A stretch of DNA of 12,875 nucleotides, taken from NCBI GenBank assembly GCA_027046625.1, contig JALTXX010000015.1, positions 1 through 12,875 of the forward strand, read 5' to 3'. A program made the translations under genes and the position numbers. The notes below the pieces were generated by a model that saw nothing but the letters and a program-made list of their open reading frames with translations, made no database searches and was not told where the DNA came from. This stretch comes from Candidatus Micrarchaeota archaeon (GTDB lineage: Archaea > Iainarchaeota > Iainarchaeia > JAADDC01). This document shows positions 8,006 through 12,875 of the stretch, piece after piece (position 1 is the stretch's first letter; every line of letters starts with the position of its first letter).

Positions 8006-8229
8006 ACATGTGGTTTGTGGGTATGATGCTGCTCTTTCTAGGCAGCATACTGTTCATGGTACTTCTTATGGGTGAGTATGTAAAAGACATGGGATTGGCA
8101 GCTGCCCTATCACAGTGCAAAACCCTATGTATAAAGGAAGGTACTAGGGAGTGCAATATCGGAGGGCTGGTTATATTACTCGATGAAAACTGTTCTCTAA
8201 GTCCAGCAGCTGCCCCAGTTAATGGTTGA
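8002..8229 (+). CDS. Small single-pass membrane protein with a 4-Cys C-terminal domain
   Basis: ATGA overlap with the ATPase stop; hydrophobic residues about 4-24; CKTLC..ECN..ENC. Confidence 0.6.
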   Translation: MNMWFVGMMLLFLGSILFMVLLMGEYVKDMGLAAALSQCKTLCIKEGTRECNIGGLVILLDENCSLSPAAAPVNG

Positions 8230-8607
8230 TGGCCCTAGAAAGATAGTGATACAATCTTCTCTTCTAACAGTATTGGGGAAAACCAGTAACACTATATCCC
8301 CCCTATCCAACACATTTACATCACCCTTATCTCTCACGATATAGATGTTTACATCTACGGGGGATCCATTGTACGTTACACTAATATCCTTGGGCCTTAA
8401 CTCTCCCCCTACTATTCTAAGATACACATTTCTATCATATACTTGTATTATTTCTCCCTCTGTTAGGAGTGTTCTCGTAGTTTCTGTAGAAGATATCCTG
8501 GCAGTAGACGCGTGGCTCTGTATCATACCTATTAATAGCCCTGATACTGATGAAACAATCAGCACAACAACTATAAACAAAAACAGAGCTTCATAAGACT
8601 GTATCAT
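8197..8607 (-). CDS. Archaellin/pilin-like (ArlF/G-like) membrane-anchored beta-sandwich protein
   Basis: N-terminal hydrophobic helix, then VYLRIVG, ISVTYNG and DKGDVNVLDRGDIV. ATGA overlap with the upstream gene and SD GAGGTGA 7 nt before the ATG. Confidence 0.65.
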   Translation of the reverse strand: MIQSYEALFLFIVVVLIVSSVSGLLIGMIQSHASTARISSTETTRTLLTEGEIIQVYDRNVYLRIVGGELRPKDISVTYNGSPVDVNIYIVRDKGDVNVLDRGDIVLLVFPNTVRREDCITIFLGPSTINWGSCWT

Positions 8608-9053
8608 CCCACTATCACCTCGAAATCTGAGTATACACCGTTCTCTGCCACCACACGTATCCTGTATGTACCAATAGAAAGAGTATATGGAATGTTTACT
8701 TCCATCAATTCGTTGGGTGACAGAATACCGTTGTTTGTTTCATCCACACAGCTGATTGTGTCACACCCACCCACATAACTTCCATTCACAAACACATCAA
8801 ATCCGTTTACATCAAGGGGCACAGATCCTAGATTTTTAACATACGTTATTATGTAATCGTTTGTATCTGCTGGGTATCCTTCCACTATTTTTATAATAGT
8901 AGAAGCTTGTTGGGCTGCTGCTGACATACGCTCGTTTATGGCATAGGTAACCCCTTTTAAGGCTGTTGTAATAACACTTACAGAGATTGCCAATGCTATA
9001 AGTGTAGCTATAAAGAATACAAGGTGGCTCATAGTTAGGCTGAATCCTCTCAT
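8604..9053 (-). CDS. arlG: ArlG/FlaG-like archaellum accessory (archaellin-fold) protein
   Basis: SHLVFFIA N-terminal helix, YVKNLGS, DVFVNG, LSPNE and YRIRVVAENGV match recalled FlaG features. The MRG/F start resembles a class III signal peptide. Confidence 0.75.
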   Translation of the reverse strand: MRGFSLTMSHLVFFIATLIALAISVSVITTALKGVTYAINERMSAAAQQASTIIKIVEGYPADTNDYIITYVKNLGSVPLDVNGFDVFVNGSYVGGCDTISCVDETNNGILSPNELMEVNIPYTLSIGTYRIRVVAENGVYSDFEVIVG

Positions 9054-9075
9054 ACTCTATTATTGTAGCTCCATA

Positions 9076-10509
9076 TTAATTTAACAACCACTCACCCACC
9101 TCTTCTGCACCTACCACTACGGTTGGTTCTGGGTCCCTTCTATACCTTACCACCCACACGCCACTAAGAAAGTCTAGATATCCTGTATATAGAGCTTGAA
9201 TCTCATCCAATGTCAGCAATCTTCCGTAAAGTATTACTTCGTCCAGCACTCCGTTAAAATCCCACGCTACAGCTCCTCCTGAAGGTTCTCCACCAAGATA
9301 TAGTGTGGATCCTGCCGGTTTTGTTACCACGCTTGTAATTGCTGCATTATTTTCAAGGACACCATCCACATATATCTCCTGAAACTGTCCACTATTTGAT
9401 ACTCTACCCACTATAAAATGCCAATTGTTGTACACGTTTGTTGTGCCGTAAAGAGCCGTCTCTGGGGTAGAAAACCACACATAGGGTCTTGGTATATTAT
9501 CCGTTCCTATCGCTCTGTTGTACACACCATCATATAGCGCTGTACTTACAGAAGAAGATGGTATATATGTCTTCATCCACAAGGCGTAGGTAAGCTCCAA
9601 TGGACCCGCATCTACATTTGTTTCTACCCAATCATCGTTGCCGTCAAATAAAATACCTCCACCGTAATAGCCCGAGGTTCTTGTAGCATTGAAAATCGTT
9701 CCTCCGTACACCCCTGTTTGGTCGTATACTGTAGATCCTGTTTCGTTAAAATGGAATACAGCTATTAGATTTGTGTCATCAAAGTTAAACCAGTAAAACG
9801 TTTTGTATCCATTGGATTCCGAGGTTGTATAGGGGTTACAATAGTACATCCAAATATTCTTGTCTCCATTTACCACATTTACCTCTACCCAGATCCTTGC
9901 AGCTGTAGAGGACCAGCTCTCTACCCAATAATCGAGTTTCGTAGTACCATCATAGAATCTGAGGTCATTACCGTCTGTAGTGGTGAAATCAAAGTTGGAC
10001 GTATTTAGCTCTATAAGAATAGAGTAGTTGTTAAAATCGAAGGTGGAAGATACGGTGATAGGTCTTCTGCAGCGCCACACACATATATCATCCTTTACTA
10101 TCGAGGTGGTAGACCCCTTATATTCTAGGGTTATAGGAAGGTTGCACACTCCAGGGAAAGGTGCATTTATTTCCCCCGTTTCACCCAAAACTAGATATCC
10201 GTTGTTGGTCTGATCATTACAGGACAGTGTGGAACAGTCGCCCACATATCTATGATTCAAAAACACTGCAATCTTGTTTAACTCCACTGTATCCAGTGCT
10301 GTCACCGTTATTACAAGGGTACTTCCTACTAATCTAACATTGTCTATACGCAGATAAGTTTTCTGTGATGCGCTCACAATAGATTGAGCCTTTGTTTGGC
10401 TTTCTTGGAGCTGAAGAGACTTTACAGTGTATAGAATAAAGACATAAAGTACTGCAACAGATAGTGCAATACCTATCAAAAACACGGGAAGGGAAGATAG
10501 ACCTTTCAT
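9076..10509 (-). CDS. Surface protein: pilin/ArlF-G-like N-terminal domain plus DUF2341 plus LamG/ConA-like domain
   Basis: MKG/L followed by a hydrophobic helix. Residues about 50-140 resemble the neighbouring ArlG. DUF2341-type motifs WRCRRPITV, DGNDLRF, LDYWVESW, RIWV and IWMYY. LamG-3-type motifs FHFNE, FDGNDDWV, WHFIVG, IYVDG, LYLGG and FNGVLDEVILYGRLLTLDEIQALY. Sequons NYS, NTS, NET and NAT. Confidence 0.85.
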   Translation of the reverse strand: MKGLSSLPVFLIGIALSVAVLYVFILYTVKSLQLQESQTKAQSIVSASQKTYLRIDNVRLVGSTLVITVTALDTVELNKIAVFLNHRYVGDCSTLSCNDQTNNGYLVLGETGEINAPFPGVCNLPITLEYKGSTTSIVKDDICVWRCRRPITVSSTFDFNNYSILIELNTSNFDFTTTDGNDLRFYDGTTKLDYWVESWSSTAARIWVEVNVVNGDKNIWMYYCNPYTTSESNGYKTFYWFNFDDTNLIAVFHFNETGSTVYDQTGVYGGTIFNATRTSGYYGGGILFDGNDDWVETNVDAGPLELTYALWMKTYIPSSSVSTALYDGVYNRAIGTDNIPRPYVWFSTPETALYGTTNVYNNWHFIVGRVSNSGQFQEIYVDGVLENNAAITSVVTKPAGSTLYLGGEPSGGAVAWDFNGVLDEVILYGRLLTLDEIQALYTGYLDFLSGVWVVRYRRDPEPTVVVGAEEVGEWLLN

Positions 10510-10535
10510 CTATGTGTTATTGGGTGGTTCTGCTT

Positions 10536-11735
10536 TTAGGATATTGCCTTGGTAAAGAGTTGAAGCAACTGGGGATACTGAACAAGTTTTGTTAGCATTG
10601 TCTTCAGTGCTTGCATTCTTCCCTCTGAGATATTTAGAACATCTTCTGGTGTTAGGATATCAGCTAATAGGTTAAAGTCGTCGTCTGTCAGCTTCTCAAA
10701 CATCTGCCTTAACTTTACAAGGCGCTCAAGTTGGTTACCTCTTTTCTCCCACCACATTTTATTATATAGATCGAGTGTTTTATCTGAGAAGTCTTCCTTT
10801 TCATGGGCTATAGCAGCTACCTCTGCAGCTATAGCACCTGCTTCCATGGCAAGATACATACCACCTCCATGAAGAGGGTGAACCTGATGAGCAGCATCCC
10901 CTATTACCATAAGACCGTCTGTTGTCATCTTCTTCATAAGTCCACCTACAGGTATTCCTCCTCCTTTTACCTCTATAATAGAAGCGTCTTCGAAACCATA
11001 CTTGTCCTTGTTTTCCTCTATCCATTTGTCTAAGTACCACTGGGCTGTTTTATCCTCCCTCGCGTCTATTCCTATACCTACATTTGCACTATCCTCTCCA
11101 GTGGGGAAGATCCACACATAACCCCTTGGGGCTATCTTGGTTCCGAAGAATAGGTGAATGTTTTCGGGATCGATATCTATACCTGCCATGTGATACTCTA
11201 TACCAGAATCTGCATGATATGCCTGTTGGAACGTTCTTAAGCCTGCCTTTCTTGCTACCATAGATTCGAATCCATCTGCTGCTATCACAATATTACCGTA
11301 AAACTCTCTTGTCTCCCCGATAAACTTTGCCTTTACACCGCTTACCTTTCCATCCTCCTTTATGATGTCAAAAACCTCGTGGAAGGCCAATACGGTAGCA
11401 CCCGAGCGTGTTGCCATCTTTGCAAGCTCTTTTTCGAAGATCTTTCTTTCTATGATGTATCCTTCTCCAGGAACCTGTATATATTTTCCGTTTGGTGCAT
11501 ACACTTTTGCACCACTTACTTCCCAACCTCTCCACTTAGGATCAGGCTCTATACCTAATTGATAGAAGGCGTCCTTCGCAAATCCCTCGCCACACTGGAC
11601 CGGTGTGCCGAGTTCTTTCTTTCTATCAAGAACGAGCACCTTCAGTCCCTTATCCGCCGCATTCTTGGCAAACCAAAGTCCTCCAGGCCCCCCACCAACC
11701 ACCACTACATCCCAGTCAGACCGCAAGTTCCACAC
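10536..11735 (-). CDS. Geranylgeranyl reductase family (digeranylgeranylglycerophospholipid reductase)
   Basis: FAD motif DVVVVGGGPGG, QCGEG, IAADG, archaeal GGR motif APRGYVWIFP and GDAAHQVHPLHGGG. The true start may be TTG 11726, which lies 6 nt after GAGGTG. Confidence 0.92.
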   Translation of the reverse strand: MWNLRSDWDVVVVGGGPGGLWFAKNAADKGLKVLVLDRKKELGTPVQCGEGFAKDAFYQLGIEPDPKWRGWEVSGAKVYAPNGKYIQVPGEGYIIERKIFEKELAKMATRSGATVLAFHEVFDIIKEDGKVSGVKAKFIGETREFYGNIVIAADGFESMVARKAGLRTFQQAYHADSGIEYHMAGIDIDPENIHLFFGTKIAPRGYVWIFPTGEDSANVGIGIDAREDKTAQWYLDKWIEENKDKYGFEDASIIEVKGGGIPVGGLMKKMTTDGLMVIGDAAHQVHPLHGGGMYLAMEAGAIAAEVAAIAHEKEDFSDKTLDLYNKMWWEKRGNQLERLVKLRQMFEKLTDDDFNLLADILTPEDVLNISEGRMQALKTMLTKLVQYPQLLQLFTKAIS

Positions 11736-11949
11736 CTCTTTCCTTTGCTATAGCTTCAAGTTGAGGTCTTATCTCCAAAGCTGCCACGGGACATCCCTTT
11801 ACACACAGTCCACAGAGTGTGCACTTTTCATGGTCTATGATGATCATGTTGTTCTCCAATTTTAGAGCGTCAAAGGGGCACACTCCCACACAAAGACCAC
11901 ATCTAATACACCTATCTTCCAGCCACACCAACTTTCTATCTCGCTCCAT
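11716..11949 (-). CDS. 2x[4Fe-4S] ferredoxin
   Basis: CIRCGLCVGVCP and CTLCGLCVKGCP. Start moved from 12003 to ATG 11949, with TTAAAAA at 11979-11973 upstream. Overlaps the start of the reductase. Confidence 0.93.
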   Translation of the reverse strand: MERDRKLVWLEDRCIRCGLCVGVCPFDALKLENNMIIIDHEKCTLCGLCVKGCPVAALEIRPQLEAIAKERGVELAV

Positions 11950-11989
11950 TAACAGGGTTAAAATAGGATGTATTTTTAAGCTATTGCAA

Positions 11990-12298
11990 TTATGTGCACA
12001 CAACCTTTGTGGTTCGTTCCTTGCCTTCCTCTTTAAAGGAAACTATAAATTCATCCCCCTCATTTGAAAAACACGTCAGTTTCCAGCCTTTTTCTATTTT
12101 TTCAGCACCACAAACATCAGAAATTTTTATATCTTCTAGGTATGTCCCTGGTTTTAGTGTTATAATAGCTCCGTCTTTTGTTAGTTTGCAAAGAACCTCC
12201 GTAGTGCGTGGTATCATAGAATCTGACTTTGGAGTATTGCTAAAGGCCAATGCTCCTAGAAGGAGCAGTACAATGGCTCCCACCACGAGGCCCCGCAT
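11990..12298 (-). CDS. Small secreted or membrane-anchored protein with 4 Cys, possibly pilin-like
   Basis: Signal or anchor MRGLVVGAIVLLLLGALA, followed by a beta-rich domain. TTTAAAAA at 12327-12320 upstream. Confidence 0.7.
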   Translation of the reverse strand: MRGLVVGAIVLLLLGALAFSNTPKSDSMIPRTTEVLCKLTKDGAIITLKPGTYLEDIKISDVCGAEKIEKGWKLTCFSNEGDEFIVSFKEEGKERTTKVVCT

Positions 12299-12322
12299 GG
12301 AGGTATAAAAACATCTGGGTTT

Positions 12323-12710
12323 TTAAATCATGGGGATGGTAGGTTGGGAGGATACCTCCCTGTTTATGTATAGTTTTTTATGGGATGAGGGATTGAAGAA
12401 GGATAGCACGTCTTTCTCTATCTGTTTTACACTCACATCAGAGCACGTGTATATATCTACGCTCACATAACCTAATTCTGGCCATGTATGTATGGCTATG
12501 TGGCTCTGTAAAAGGGTTGCTACATATATAACTCCCTCCGGGTCTGTGGTATGAAAAACCTCTCCTACAATGTCAGAATTTAGTTTTAAAGCTATATTAC
12601 GCCCCAGTTTCATAATTCCCGAAAGATCATTGGCAATTTCTTTAGAAACTCCGTATAGATCAAAAATCACATGGTTTGGATATGCAAAGTTATAGTGTAC
12701 CATGTTTATA

Positions 12711-12730
<20 letters not shown>
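12323..12730 (-). CDS. speH: SpeD/SpeH-family pyruvoyl-dependent decarboxylase proenzyme (AdoMetDC-like; substrate uncertain)
   Basis: HVIFDLYG, PEGV and LLQSHIAIHTWPELGYVSVDIYTC (family consensus ESH..IHTWPE.GY..D.FTC). The true start may be ATG 12703. Confidence 0.85.

Positions 12731-12875
<145 letters not shown>

Noticed and set aside
8197-10509. Calling this cluster a complete archaellum operon
   Set aside because: No archaellin N-terminal consensus, ArlH, ArlI ATPase or ArlJ is present in the window.
7974-12308. ORFs 7974-8156, 8345-8596, 10028-10213, 10801-11040, 10803-11033, 11362-11562, 11559-11753, 11605-11865, 11819-12067 and 11994-12308
   Set aside because: Antisense or alternate-frame overlaps of better-supported genes, with no independent signals.

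Overview
A densely packed archaeal chromosomal segment, roughly 40% GC by eye. It shows TATA boxes about 21-26 nt before many start codons, GGAGGTGA-type Shine-Dalgarno (SD) sites on downstream genes, and overlaps at all three convergent gene junctions. The compaction and gene content suggest a DPANN-type, possibly thermophilic archaeon (inference). Housekeeping genes: a RecJ/GAN (Cdc45-like) DHH protein that runs off the left edge and is missing from the ORF track, an AMMECR1 protein, deoxyhypusine synthase, the Taw1/TYW1 radical SAM enzyme, a P2A-type cation ATPase, geranylgeranyl reductase with its ferredoxin, and a divergent SpeD/SpeH-family pyruvoyl decarboxylase. The best candidate for a new system is a three-gene ArlF/ArlG-like cluster (8197-10509) with no archaellin or motor genes beside it. 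Its first gene is fused to DUF2341 and LamG/ConA-like domains, and all three share a possible Ca2+-binding loop, so it may be a surface-adhesion structure. Other points of interest are a winged-helix/zinc-finger pair sharing a palindromic TATA box, a perfect 24-bp GC-rich palindrome, an out-of-frame SD-ATG before the zinc finger, the decarboxylase's QSH (not ESH) cleavage motif, and an (AC)13 tract inside an open frame at the right edge. No tRNA, rRNA, CRISPR array or mobile element was seen. Family calls come from motif recognition, not database searches.
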